From assembly GCA_038496445.1 (NCBI GenBank), contig JALMLS010000179.1:1-64000 (forward strand): a stretch of 64,000 nucleotides of DNA. The letters are read 5' to 3'. The notes below the pieces were generated by a model that ran no database searches, was not told the DNA's origin, and saw only the letters and a program-made list of their open reading frames with translations. Shown here piece by piece: positions 1 to 13,491 of this stretch. Position numbers and translations under genes: made by a program. Positions within the stretch are counted from its first letter, which is position 1. Every line of letters begins with the position of its first letter. The stretch comes from Trichosphaerium sp. ATCC 40318. Lineage: Eukaryota; Protista; Tubulinea.

Positions 1-85
1 TACAACTCTGAGCGCTAGTTCTATTTTTATTCCATTGAAGAGGTATGGTACATAAAATCTCGGTCTGTGGAGGCTATTTTTTTTG

Positions 86-3000
86 TCACAGTTCGTTGTA
101 GAACACGTTCCACTTGAGCTGCAGCTGTTCATCCCACTCTTCAGGCAATAACCGTAAATATTTGGTAACAACAGGACTAAATCTATTGACAGTAGGTATA
201 TCGCCAAGTGATGTGCCATTGAACGTGCCAATATTTTTCCATTCTTTACCGCTCTCTGATACTTGTATAGAATACTTCGATACGCACCCTTTTTTAGTAC
301 CGAAAGTCATTACAGCATAAGGTAGAACTTCTGTTTTAAACTCTACTTGAATCCAAGGTTCTTGATCTTTTTCAGACAGACCATGCCATCCTTTCTCTGT
401 TGTGGACAGTGTAGAGTCTTTAATACGTTAGATGCACTTGCTTTAAAAGCATTAACAGCTACTTACCATGTACTCCTTTTCCTGAAGACGCAGAGAAAGA
501 TGATTTTGGTAAAGTAGACAAATCTCGTTCATCCGCTGCCTTTTCTTCCTGTATGTCGTCCCCTGTAGTCTAGAAGAAACCTGTTAATACAGTCACAACC
601 AATAATTTATACGTACTGCCTTTATAACTTGACGTTGAAGCTTTTTGTTTTCGATCTTCAGAGCATCAACCATTTTTTGTAGACGCCTAACTTCATGATG
701 CATTTCTAAAGATCTTTGACCAAGAACCTGAGTGAAGCCATAGTTTCGGACAGGAATTCTAGTAACATTCATAGGAGGAGGTAGGGGTGGTGCCAGAGGT
801 ATAGAAGATTCATGATGAAGCTCCTAAAAGACATAAACAACAAGAAACAAAAATACGAATATCCGAGTTAGGAGGTTCGGAGAAACAAAAGCTCGGACGG
901 AGTCTGAGCAAAAAGTCCGAGGAATGGTGAAATGTGTTCTTACCATTTGTGTTTCATGAGGAGTTTCGTAAAAACACCTTAAAATAAAGAGGATCAGTCA
1001 TTTTTTCGGACTATTTGCACGTGTACATTTTTGGGAAATGAACGCCCATCAAATGTATGCCGCTTTTTCCGTTCTTATTCATAGTTTCAAGTGATGCACC
1101 ACTACGAAGTAGTACCCTAACAATACCACTTCTTCTATGCCCAATAGCAACATGTAATGGTGTATCAATATTATTATTTTTTACTTCAATATCAGCACCT
1201 GTAAAAATGTTAACAAAAAAACCAGAAAAAAAAAGAATCCACCTCCGTACCTCTTGAAATAAGGTATTCTACGGCATGTAGATTACCAGCAATTATAGCA
1301 TAAAACAATGGTGTGTCTCCATAATTATTTACACATTCTACTTTGCCACCAGCGTCAATTAAAGCTTTTATAATCTCAATTTTTCCTCTAGACGCAGCAA
1401 CATGTAATACGCTTTCACCTTCTAAAATAAAATAGTTCATTTGTGATAAAACAAATCGCTCAACTTACCTTTGTTTGAGCACGTTTGTTCCACACCGGCC
1501 TTTAATAGAATCTTGATAGACTCAACGTGGTTTCCATACACTGCCCAATAAAGCGGGGATACGCCGCTTGCATCTAGCATGGTACTAAGTATCGCTGGGG
1601 TTTTATGATTTTAATACCTAGAGATTCTGGTTCATGACCGTTTGCCAATAGTATCTTCAATTGTTCTAGGTTGCCAAAAGCAGCATTATAATGCAAAGGC
1701 GTATGACCATCCCCATCTAAGGGTTCGTCGGAGAATACACCATTCAGAAAATCCTCCTATTAATTAAGTAAGTCTAATTTAAGATCAGAACAAAACGAAC
1801 CAAATCTGTAGGGCACTGTGCTTGAGAATAGTACTCATCCTCGACTTGAAGACCTTGCATGGCCTGTGTGCTCTCTTGATAGAATGTGAATTGCATTTTT
1901 TCCTTGCTAGTCATGCCAGAAGCTATACAACAGTTAAATAATAATCACTTATTGACCAATTACCTGATCGTACAATAACTGGTACAGCACCAGGTTCACA
2001 CTCGGGTGTATTGCACACCAAATAAGTATCCTAAGTGGTTTAGCTTATATCGTTGTAAACAAAGAAAATAATTAACGCACGTGTTGTGCTGAAGGTACTA
2101 CAGCGTACGAACCAAAGAATATAATTGTAGGTCCTGAAAACCCAACTCCAACAAGAATAACTAGTTGAGGTTATTAAGTGTTACTTGGACTACGAATATA
2201 TTACCTTTAGTTGCAGTATATGCTGGTCCTGTACATGGGGACATATCAACTATATTTACATTTGAAAGTCTTGCTGTGGACTTTCGTTCTTACAAAAAAA
2301 TGAAATAAGCCAACCGATGTTCACTAAATACAATAACATACTTATCTGTGATTGATGGGAGTATACATTGATAACGAACCCATGAGTCCAAATTGGCATA
2401 AGGAATACTTGGTTTTCATTTATCATAACCCAATGTTCTGTTTGAACATTAACTTTTTTGAACACCTAAACAAGAATGTAAAAAAAAAATTACCTGACAT
2501 AACATTAGTGTACCTGAAAATACAGCATTCTTGCTGAGAAATAACGGGAGCGCATCAACTTGTCTTGATCATTGACACGTTGGTACCCAGTTATACCTAT
2601 AACACAGTATCAGTAGCGTCATATAAGTCGTAAGCTTACCGAGTTGCAAATCAGAAAATTCCACGACACCATTGGTGTTAAATACTTTCCAAATGACGCC
2701 TTTCGCTTTTGGAGTGCGCAGGTAACGCTGTAACTCAGAAGAAGTGGATGTATTGCCGTTAAAAAGAGCACATGATATTAAATACTCCGTTGGTGCCGAT
2801 TGAACGTTTAACTTGCTTGGGTAAGATATTTTGACGATAGTTTAAACGGATTTATTTTGTAAACCGTTTCTACTCCTTGTAGGCAAGTACCTTGAATGCT
2901 GGCGCCGGAAACAAGAACTGGGGCTTTCCTTTAGTAACGTTTGGTTCATTTCCGTTGAAATGACGTAAAGTATTTGTAGGTGGCTCTCTAATAATACTGA

Positions 3001-3094
3001 CTGGCTCTAAAAGATGTTTTTAGCTGTTATTACATACAGACGGTCAATTACCTGTGATAGGGCTGTAATCTAATGGTTGAGTAGTTGATATCAT
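86..3094 (-). CDS. Multi-exon protein: IPT/TIG-like domain + ankyrin repeats + C-terminal F5/8 type C (discoidin) domain
   Basis: Exons give ankyrin motifs (GESVLHVAA, GDTPLFYA, GHTPLH), an IPT-like segment (YLVCNTPECEPGAVPVIVR) and a discoidin C-terminus (VSKYSIQVS..W..YLRLLPEEW). GT-AG introns link them. The start codon and the single-gene model are inferred. Confidence 0.6.
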
Positions 3095-3407
3095 GATACG
3101 GTGGGGTTTGACACAACATTATTGCTTTGGTTTAGTGTTTTGTATTCAAAACAGTTTCTATTGGAGAATTTCGATAAAATTTGCAATTGTTACCCCTAAG
3201 CACCTTTTCAATCCAAGAGGCTAAAAAACTCGTCATGTGTTATTCAAGTGTGGCTCATGCATAATGTAAACGCGTGAAATCCACAAATAAGATAGTTTTA
3301 TAGAAAATAATTACAAAACAGTATTTACTACAAAATGAAAAGCAGTGCCACGATGAACTACGGTAGTAGAGAAAACATAGCGCTGTCTTAGTGTTTAAGT
3401 GTTGATA

Positions 3408-4375
3408 CTAGTGCGCAACAATGTATGGAGCAGTCCTACCACGAGCAATCTTCGCTGCGAAGTCACCAATAATAGGAAGTTTGAATAATCTATCACGTGT
3501 CAGTTTTCGTTTTTGTTGAGATTCATGATTTTGTACTTTTGTGTTTCTGCATCCATCCAGGCCTTGACGCATAAACCAACAATAATAATAAGCCATACTA
3601 ATGTAACCGCTAACCAAGCATAGACATTCCAGCTAAAAACAACAGCAATCACAAAACAAGGGATGTTAACAAATAAGCCCTAAAAGCAAATGGGTTAATG
3701 TCGTTTTTTTAACCTAACCAAAATCCCAAATGACAAACCTGCCAACCATGAAATGCTGCAAATTCGTTTTTCTTCTCCACAACAGCGACAATGATAGAAC
3801 CAAGTAAAAACACATACGCAATTATTGCTGTGTACTATTAGCAAATTTTGAGGACGCGTGGACTAACCTTCTATGTTGTGTGGTACGCCTAACGTTGTTT
3901 TTGTTGTTTTTTGTTCTAAACGTTGAGAAATAAGCAAAACAATATTAAACAGTTAAATTTCGCTTGCGTGTCATTTGAGTTTGGGTGTAAGGTTGAGTTG
4001 ACAAGCGACTTGGTGGTTGATATCCGTTTGGCGCTATTTGGAAGTTATGCGCCACAAAATGATATGGTGAGGAACGCACGCATTGGTGGCTCGTATTGAG
4101 AAGGGTCAAAGCTGTGATGTTGTTCCATTGGCTGTGGTGTTACAAAACCTGGTGTTGCGGGCGTAGGTGGCGCTGGTCTGTACGCTGTAGGTGGTTGTGA
4201 AGTATAGTCTGCGTTTGGAGGCATTTCGCCGTAAGCTGGTGGATCTGAGCGCTCAGGAATGTACTCACTGCCTTCTTGGGTGTACTAATGGCCAATTTAA
4301 AAGAAACTTTCCGAAACAACGTACTGGGACGGAAGTGTCGTTGTCATCAACTTGTACTGGTTGGAATGCAGCCAT
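3408..4375 (-). CDS. DUF4870/Tic20-like small membrane protein with a P/Q-rich N-terminus (spliced)
   Basis: Hydrophobic exons, 'FAAFHGWQ' and C-terminal 'LFKLPIIGDFA' resemble this family. Confidence 0.5.
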
Positions 4376-4572
4376 GGCTATCTACTCTTCGCCAAATATG
4401 AGAATTACAGAATTATGTAAAATACCAACTTTTAGCACGTGAAAGTGCTCCTTACCTTGTTTTACTGCCAACGTTTATACACAAAGCAACTAAAGCGCTT
4501 ACTAAAAAGTTTGACTGTGCTTTCTGTTTGGTGGCTTTTCGTTTGTTTTATTATTCACAATCAAATACTGTG

Positions 4573-7328
4573 ATGAATCCAAACGCCAGTTCATTTGTAC
4601 CAGGCGTACGTACTTTTTGTCTTAATTGTATGTTTTTGAGTTATTATCGTTTAATTACGTTCTACAGAACTTCAGCGCGTTTGCCGCCCCTGCAGCTACC
4701 CCTGCTCAACCAAAGGCTGAAGAGCCTGTAAAAGAGTCTTGGGAGCAAGAAGACGTACCAGAGCAACCAAAACCCACGAAACAGGCCGAAAAGACTGAAG
4801 TTGAGAAATCACCAGTAGAAGAACCAAAGGCCAAACCAGAGCCTAAAAAGGAGCCTGAAAAGGAACCTAAACAACCACAAGCCAAGAAGGCTGTAGTCGT
4901 AGGCATGTTGCTGGAGTTGAGGTGTATTTAAACTAATTTGTACCAGAGGATGTTCCAGACGCTGTTGATGATGACAAACACCCTCTAAATATTGTTTTTA
5001 TCGGACATGTAGGCAAGTAATGTCTCAATTTATTGGCAAATACGCCTATTTACCAGTTGTATGGCTGTCAATCAAGCTTATACAAATTTGTAGATGCTGG
5101 AAAATCGACACTTAGTGGTCAAATCCTTCGTCTTACTGGTATGGTTGACAAGCGTACTATGCAAAAATACGAGCGCGAAGCAAAAGAAAAAGGCAGAGAA
5201 AGTTGGTTTTTGGCGTTTATCATGGACACGAACGAAGAAGAACGAGCAAAGGTAATCGCCTCATACACCTCAGGAGTACTGAAATTCTTACTCTTTGTTT
5301 ATAGGGTAAAACCGTAGAGGTTGGCAGAGCTCATTTTTATACTGGAAACAAACGTTGCACCATTCTAGACGCACCTGGTACAACAAACAAACAAAACAAC
5401 ATTTCAAATTAAACAAAAATTTCTCTTGGCGTGCTAACAGCTTTAAAAGGCCATAAAAATTACGTACCTAACATGATCACTGGTGTCGCTCAAGCTGATC
5501 TTGGTATCTTGGTATGTATCTCATTTCTACTTTGTGCCTTATGCTTAAAACCAGATTTTTTACTTTTTTATTCTTTGCTTTGTGAAATTCTTTGGTTTTT
5601 TTGTTACGTGCTAATGTATTTGCTTTAGGTTATTTCAGCACGTCGTGGTGAGTTCGAATCTGGATTTGAACGTCTTGGTCAGACACGTGAACATGCTATT
5701 CTCGCCCGTACTCTTGGCGTACGAGTTTACAATTTTTTTTTCATTTTATTTTGTTGTTTAACATTTCTCGTACCTAATTTACATCAAAGGTAAATAAATT
5801 GGTTGTATTGATCAACAAGATGGACGAAAAAACTGTAAAATGGTCAAAAGAGAGGTAGGAGAAATTTATACTTTTTTGAGTAAAGAAAAAACAAACACTG
5901 AACGAAAATAGATACGATAGCATATTGAAGAAGCTCCTTCCGTTCCTACAATCTATTGGTTACAAAAAATCAACAATCAAAGTCATGCCAGTATCAGGTA
6001 TGTCTGGTGCTGGTATCGTAGACCCTGTACCAGCTGCTGAGTGCCCATGGTATAAGTACGTCCAATCATGAAAAGACTCAGTTTTTTTACTTATTTCTAA
6101 TCGTTCAATAGAGGACCAACATTTATGGGACTGTTGAATAAAATGAAGCCAATCCCTCGTGATGTTGATGGACCACTTCGTATCCCTGTATTGGATGCTT
6201 TTAAAGAGGGTGGCCGCGTTTACGCTATGGGTAAGGTCGAAAGTGGTACCCTCGTGCGTTCAAACGTTGTTATTCATCCTGGAAATGTACGGTTTGGTTT
6301 TTTTTTGTTTTTCTTTTTCTAATTGGTAAGGAAACTAATACTGGTTTTGTAGATCAAAACTGAGATTTCCCATATTGAAAATGATATTGGTGTATTGACA
6401 AGAGCATACCCAGGAGAAAATGTCAAAATCGGACTTAAAGGAGGTAAACTTTGTTGTTGGTTGTAGAAAGCGTCATCACGGGTTTTCTTATCACAAGGTT
6501 TGTATTAACACTCTTTTTAGTTAATGAGGATCACATCACCGCTGGTTGTGTCATGTGTACTGAAGACGATCCAATTTTTTGTGTTGACGAAATTGTTGTT
6601 CAAATGAGTGCGTTCTTATCCAACCGAATCTAGTTGTTTGTATTAACGCTAAACGTTTTTAGTGGTTATGGATTTACTTCCTCATAAAGCTGTCTTAACA
6701 GCTGGTTATAGTGCTGTTCTTCACGTGCATACAGCAGTAGTAGAATTCACAATATTGGTAAGCAGTGGATGACTTTTTGAGGCTTTTTCTGTGATGATAT
6801 TCTTAAATCCTTCACGAAAATCTTATTTGGTGGACTTCCTAATTAACTTTTTAATTTAGCGTTTATTGGCTGAGCTTGATAGAAAAACAAGTGAAATAAA
6901 GAGAAAGAATCCTCCTTTCGCTAAATCTAAATCAGCTTGCATCATGCACATTCAATTAGCAAAAACAGTACCAGTATCTGCATTTTCTAAGATTCCACAG
7001 TTGGGTAGATTCACTATTAGAGATGAAGGTATGAAACTAAAGTCCTGGGAACTCCAGGAATTTGAAGTAAAGTCAAACTTTGATATTTTTTTCCTTTTTT
7101 TTTTGTTCATTTTTTTTGCGCCTACGTGATGAATTACACCCAGCTCATCTGAGTTTATATGACGCACAACTAGTGTTCTGAGTTAGTAGAGTTTTTTAAA
7201 AAGCTAAATTGTAAAGAAAAAACCAACAATTCCTTGGAAGTAGAAGTTAATTCTCTTTTTTAGGACAAACTATCGCTTTTGGTAAAATTCTATCTTTGGG
7301 ACCTCCAAGACGTATCAAAAAAAAATAA
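4573..7328 (+). CDS. SUP35: Eukaryotic release factor 3 (eRF3), multi-exon
   Basis: N-terminal PAM2-like [10 protein letters not shown]; GHVDAGKST; [26 protein letters not shown]; [13 protein letters not shown]; NKMD; [20 protein letters not shown]. Confidence 0.93.
7121..7188 (+). ncRNA. Intronic box C/D snoRNA (last eRF3 intron), LSU guide antisense to UGAGCUGGGU (U29/snR69/snR71 region)
   Basis: C box GTGATGA 7126-7132, guide ACCCAGCTCA 7138-7147, D' CTGA 7149, C' ATGACGC, D CTGA 7178-7181. Confidence 0.8.
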
Positions 7329-7649
7329 GCTGTTAAACGAAAACCAACAACAACCACTATACTATGTATCTCTTGATACTACCTAAGTTAAATAAACTTC
7401 GTTTATTGGTATACCTGTTTTTTTTATTGTCGACAATCAATCTTAAAAGATTCCGGAATAAAACTGGAAGGAATTGACTGCCGGTGAATAAATCGAAAAA
7501 AACCCCTACGCAATGTTGCTTATCAAGATGTACACCACACTTTTCGTGTACTTAAATGAAGTAGTAGCGTAACTAAAATGTCTGGATTGCACAGAACTAG
7601 GATTGAAATAATTTTGAACTTTTAATCCGCAAACTTTCTGATTTTTTGT

Positions 7650-8724
7650 TTATTGTTTGCAATGACATAATGGTAGTATATCAAACGAAAAATATTTAGA
7701 CGGGTACGGTTCATTTTCTAGAGTAAAATGCCACCACTCGTTAACATAGTTCACAAATCCTGCTTCTTTCATAATAGATACCAAATATTGTCTATTCTCT
7801 TTTTGTTCTTGTGTTATACTAGAGTTCTTTGTATGTGCTAACTCATCAAAGCAATCGAATCCTGTACCCATATCTATGAAGTATAAGTGGTGAGACTAAA
7901 TAAACAATCCACCAAATGTCAAGGGAGAAAAAAACGAACGACAGAATATTTTCTAGTAATAACTGTATCCCACCACTTTTGTTTATGAGGTCACTTACCA
8001 ATACTATTGTCTCTAAATCTTGAAGGACTTGTACATGGTGTTAATTCATCACCAGGTTTATACTCTTGTTGTGGTGGTGGCGGGTTAGGTACAATTGTAA
8101 GATCACAAGTCGAACCCTTTTAAAAGAAGATTAAAAAAAATAAAGAATAGCAAAAGAAAATCCTCAGGTTTTGTACCCTACTATGTCCTGATCGTTTAGC
8201 TATGTACCCAAGGGTAAATAAATTATCGTTGGCTTTGGAATTTGTTGGGTAAAATTCGGCTTTCATGCGTGTATCGCTGCTGTCATTTCCCCACATCATA
8301 AAGTAGTCCACAGCGCTTTGCGGACGATAACAATCGTACACTATTACCTGAAATGAGCTTCAAAAATAAATTTTTGTTGACACGATGGAAAGAAAAGTCT
8401 CTAACACGTACTTTTGAGTGATTTGGTGCCTTTTGATTGCTTTAAAAGTGCTTTTTGGGCAGCTGATAACGCATTCGCGGCCTCTATTGTTAAAATACAT
8501 TCTGCGGCCTTGTAACCAACAATGGGGTTACCGATGAAGTTATGGTAGCCTGCATAACGCATTTCTTGTATAATGGTTGGGTCTACATCAGAAAGGTATG
8601 TAAAGCCTTCAGGGATATTATTTGAACCCAGCACATCATCGCTATGCATAGCTGTCACAATTACGTTCGCGTAAGATATTACAACGCAAAATAATGTCAG
8701 AACCGCGTACCATCCCGCGTTCAT
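7650..8724 (-). CDS. Secreted D-Ala-D-Ala dipeptidase, peptidase M15 (VanX/DdpX family), spliced
   Basis: Signal peptide; YDCYRPQ; SGHSRGSTCDLT (SxHxxGxxxD); MGTGFDCFD; EWWHF. Confidence 0.9.
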
Positions 8725-9034
8725 TGTATCACTGAGCACTAAACGTTGTCAAAAAGTCAACGTACTTTTTTCACAGTTAAAAATCACATGTTTGTTGCAC
8801 ATCTCTATTCATTCCTGTGCTGTGACTTTTTGAGCGTTAGACAACGCTCCAACGCTGTACTGGTAAGATTATTCTACGTACTCATTCTTTTTAGTCGTTA
8901 AACAGTGGAAACCGTGGTAACTGCTGCAGTACTTTGCTAAAGCACTTGGCTAAAAGTGGAAGAAAGGCCGTAGTATTTATGAAGTTCACGTAATCTTTTA
9001 TTTACAAAAGCCAAAAGGATAAACCTTGGCTTAT

Positions 9035-11191
9035 CAAGACTCGTTTTCTATTTTCTTTTCTTCTGTTTTTTTGTTTTGGAAAGTAAAAAACAACCTAAAA
9101 AGAATTAGTGATTAGTGATGGTGTGACGTGTTTTCTTGTTTGTACCCTTCACCTTTCATCCTGTTAACGTATTTCATATATAGTCCTTTCTTCCCTTGTT
9201 GTTTTGCAGGAATTATTATTGATCCATATAAGAACTTATCCTCCTTAGAGCTAAACAAAAAGAATTAACAAATCAAAATTATCAATTTTATGCTTACGGC
9301 TTAGATCGCCTTTTAAGAGATTCATTAACTATTTTTTCTGCTTCATTCCACATACCTACAATAAGAATTAATATACTTTCAGCTGTATGAAGACTTGTGC
9401 TTTGTAAAACCCAAAAGAAGAGAACTCAAATTTTATTGCCACGTTGGAGTTGCTTTTACCTTTGTTCGCATAATATGTTGTGAGGGCATTCCTTATGTAA
9501 ACTGATTCTGTGTATTCATACCCTCTAAGTTCATCAAGGTATTTTAAACCTTGTTCAATATTTCCTTCCTTTAGACAAGCGAGTGTAACAGCAGATATTA
9601 TACTTATCGGTGGTATTTCATCAACAACAAGCACTTTAGTTTTGTAATAATTATACAACTCTATCGCTTGTTGACCATGCCCAGCCTTTGCACATAGTTT
9701 AAAGCATGTAAGATAGTCTAGATTAGATAGAGTAAAACCTAACCAAACAGGTTAAAGCAACAGACACACAAAGCAACTGAAAAGAAAAGGAATAATAGAT
9801 AGAAAAATATCAATATCTTTCTAACACGTGAATAGTTCTAAAAATACATGCTTTATCAATTAAGATTTTGATATTGACATACCTGCATTTCTCTTCTCTT
9901 TTAATATATCAAAACAAAGGCCATCATAATTTTTTACTTTAGTAAGGGCTGAAAGAACAATTGAGAATGTATTTGCATCCCATGGCATTTCTTTTTTCTT
10001 CATTTCTGCAAACAAATCCAACACCTGATCAAATTTTCTATGATGACCAGCTATCTTCATTTTTATGTTATAATATTCCGTTAATGATACATCCCTACTC
10101 AAAACGTCCTACGAGAAAATTAAGGAAAAAATTGAGAAAATAAAACCGAACTTGTCAATCTTCTTAATGAAAATAAAACAGCCACTTACGCGCATGAACT
10201 GGTGTGTGCGGTTATTTACAATATGTTCTTGAACAAGAGCGTTTGTTATTCGTCCATAAATTTCAATAACATGCCTAGGAGCTGTTTCTTCTTCATGCTG
10301 AAACCAAAAATCTAATTTCAGATTATGCTTCATCTTTGCCCATAGATAAAATCCAATATCAACAAGACCAAGACGGAATGCACCATTTATCCATTGCTTA
10401 TAAAATAATCTTGTGGCAGATACCAAACTAACTAGCTTTGTTTTTTTAACGTTGAAGCATTTGCTGTATAATTCCCTAAACTCTTTTTTAAGTTTCCTCT
10501 TTGCTAGAACCATTGCTGTAACACCATAATGATAAGCTGTAGGGCGATCACCTATTATTTTATTAAATTAACATCTAGTATTCATAAAGAAAGTGAACAT
10601 GACAAAAAAACTAGTGCACGTGGACGGATAAGCTTTTTTTTCAAAAATCAAAAATGCAGTGACAAGTCGTCCTAAACAGGACTGTACTATCGTACCGTTT
10701 TGTTCTATTAAATCCATCAAACGTAGCATTTGTCCATCCAATAGCTTATAAGAAGCAAATTTGAAGTATTTTTCAAGTCTTTGTGGATCTTTAACGACGT
10801 CTTTGTCTATCTTTTCTTATTTGTTAACGTTTGTACATACTAATATTTTTGTGACACGCATACCTCCAATGGCGGTATATACTCCATTGCTGCGGCGAGT
10901 TCTTGTACTTTGGCTTTATTTTCATTTTGGAGTTTTTGCCTTTCCAGAGCCTCTTCGACGATCGTTGAGCGTGGTGTATCCATTGTAATCTCTAATAGGA
11001 GGCTTAGTACAACACTAAGTTCATCTAACTAAGTTTTGACGTATACACGCACTAGGGGTAGATGTATGGTCATTTTTTATGACATACGCGCGTTTGTTAC
11101 AAATAACTGTACTACAACGCTGCTTTCGCGCCCGGCCATTATACCTGCTATGCTTGGCTACGGTACAAGCCCTGAAAGAGCCCAAAAGCAT
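9035..11191 (-). CDS. PPR-like helical repeat protein, probably mitochondrial (spliced; ends approximate)
   Basis: PPR-like segments (YYNIKMKIAG..VLDLFAEMKKKEMPWDANTFSIVLSAL; NALTTYYANKG) and an Arg-rich N-terminus from ATG 11191. Confidence 0.6.
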
Positions 11192-11359
11192 ATCTGTAAC
11201 GATATCGCAGTTTGGGCTAAACAACGCACTCAGTTATTCCCTGTACAAGATGCTATTGGAAAACGCGCATTTGACACTGACTGTCAGTCATACTTGTACC
11301 TTAAGTTATTTTCACGTACTTCAAGCCAAGATAGCGTCAACGGCAAGAAGCAGCACTCT

Positions 11360-12038
11360 ATGCGCACCTCTATAAAACTAGTTGCTTTAGGCTCTAATAG
11401 GGGAGTTGGCACCTCTTCGATAGTTGTCAAAGTACTATGTTACCCTTAGTATTTAACTAACATGCAGTTTGCTCAAGGTGTATACAGCCCGACAAAAGAA
11501 CGCATAGTTGATGATGACTGGAGGGTTAACAAGACGTACGATGATACCGAGCGAATATTAGGTACCGTACAGAATCATTTTGGCAAAATGTAACTTTTGT
11601 GTTTAGAAATTGCAGACTGCTCTGATAGGCCGCAAGCTATGCTTGATTTATACATTAAAAAGAGTGACGGGATTCTAGTTGTTTATGATCCTACACAAAG
11701 CAGTACACTGGAAGATGCACAACAAAAAATAGAGCATATTTTCAACATTAAAGAAGTATCTAACGGCGAGGTATGAACGTCACAATATATGTACTAAGTT
11801 CAATAAGTAACCATCTTGTCAGTTGGTTCCCATGGTACTTGTGGCGTCTAAATTAGATAAGAAAGGTGAAACAACACATGGCCAAGAATTAGCATCAAAG
11901 CTAAATATAGAGTTCATGGAAGTGTCAACTCAAGAAAATAAAAATGTTGAAGAACTGTTTGCTTTGATAGTAAAAAATGTTGACACACTTCTACCCCCAC
12001 CTCAAGGAGTAAGACAAAGAAGGTGTTGTACTATGTAA
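11360..12038 (+). CDS. Divergent Ras-family small GTPase-like protein with CaaX (CCTM)
   Basis: IKLVALGSNRGVGTSSIV, YIKKSDGILVVYD, VPMVLVASKLD, FMEVSTQENKNVEELF, RRCCTM; 3 introns. Confidence 0.8.
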
Positions 12039-12119
12039 ACAAGCTAAAAAGATGAGCATACACTCGAGCAAGAGTGCGACCACCAAGTGAAAGTAAACGG
12101 TTGTACCAATAAAAATACT

Positions 12120-13491
12120 TTAATTTTTCAATACCATTGTAGTTTTTCTTTTAAACCATCAAGCGTAGCATGTGTCCATGTTTTTGAATTACATCTTGTA
12201 GCAACGATAAAACAGTAATGTGTTTGTATTAGTATCCACTCTTCCACTTCATCTAAACGTTCTATAATTGCTACTCTACAAAATATTCAATAAGCTGAAA
12301 TATCACTCACGTTATTTATTACCGTTTTGTGTCTTCTTTTGGAATGTAGTTATTATAAATTTGAAGCATATCTTGTACTTCAACATGAGAAAATCCAGCG
12401 GCATTAAATCGAGAAACTTGTGACTCCATTGTGGGAAACTGAGGTACTGATTTCAAAGGGCATCCACGCATCTAAAAAAATGATGAGAAAACAAGTTACA
12501 AAAAGAAAGCATGATTACGTTGAGTGCCTTGATCATTTGCCTAAGTAGTTAACTTGTTAGTAAACGCAATACATATACTTATTATTACGCACTTCCCAAA
12601 TGGATCATTAGGTTTTATCATCTCGTATAATGCAAACTGAATTAAATTACATTTTGTACCAAACCATGAAATTATTCTATCACTCTCTTCCTTATCAAGA
12701 TATACAAGAACACATTCAGATATAACTAGCGTGGGAACACTTAAAGTCGCTTGTTAGTATCACTATGAGTATATCCAACTCACTCCACTTTGAAACCAAA
12801 GGATAACAACGAACTTGTAAATTTCTCCAAATTTCGAAGATCTGTAGGAAACAAAGAATAATTATCTGCTGTAAGAGTTCCTTTCTCTTCAAGGTGTCAG
12901 CATTGCACATATTACATCACAACGTACTGTCAACATTCACACCACTTAATAAACTATTTAGGGATACTTCTCGTTGTATCACGGTGCTTTTATGCAATGT
13001 TAATTCCATAAAGTCACACTCGAACCAATGTGCTGATTTTGCATTGGGTAAAGTCTAGGAGAGTTTTCAGTCAACACGTGCTGCAACGGTTTTCCCGTCG
13101 ACTCTTTACATAATTCATAATTCTGAAACTAGGCGTTGAGGTCCATTATACGTACATGAAGTGCAAAATACGATGTGTCAAAGCCAGCTCCTAATGTAAC
13201 GACTTGTTTGCCACCAGACTCTAGAAACGCTTTTGTAAACCCACGAACAGCACTAACACGCGCATAGGTGCCTAGAACGTTAGTTACTTTAACAATTTGT
13301 TTGTACAAATTACACTACCTCTATTTATCAATGGTTGACGCCGTTTATTGCTGTTTGCAAACAGCCGTAAGGCATCATCTTTAAAATAGCCTAATTTCGC
13401 ACAAGAACTACAATATTAGTCATTTCACGCGCATTCAAGCTTACTATTTCGTATTTGTTGCGTCATTATTGGTAGTGATCACTTGTGACAT
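12120..13491 (-). CDS. LCMT1: Leucine carboxyl methyltransferase 1 (PP2A methyltransferase), spliced
   Basis: VITTNNDA, SCAKLGYFKD, PLINRGTYAR, QVVTLGAGFDTSYF, LDEVEEW..HYC. Confidence 0.88.

Noticed and set aside
6760-6850. Possible C/D snoRNA in an eRF3 intron (GTGATGA at 6791)
   Set aside because: No convincing D box or recognisable guide.
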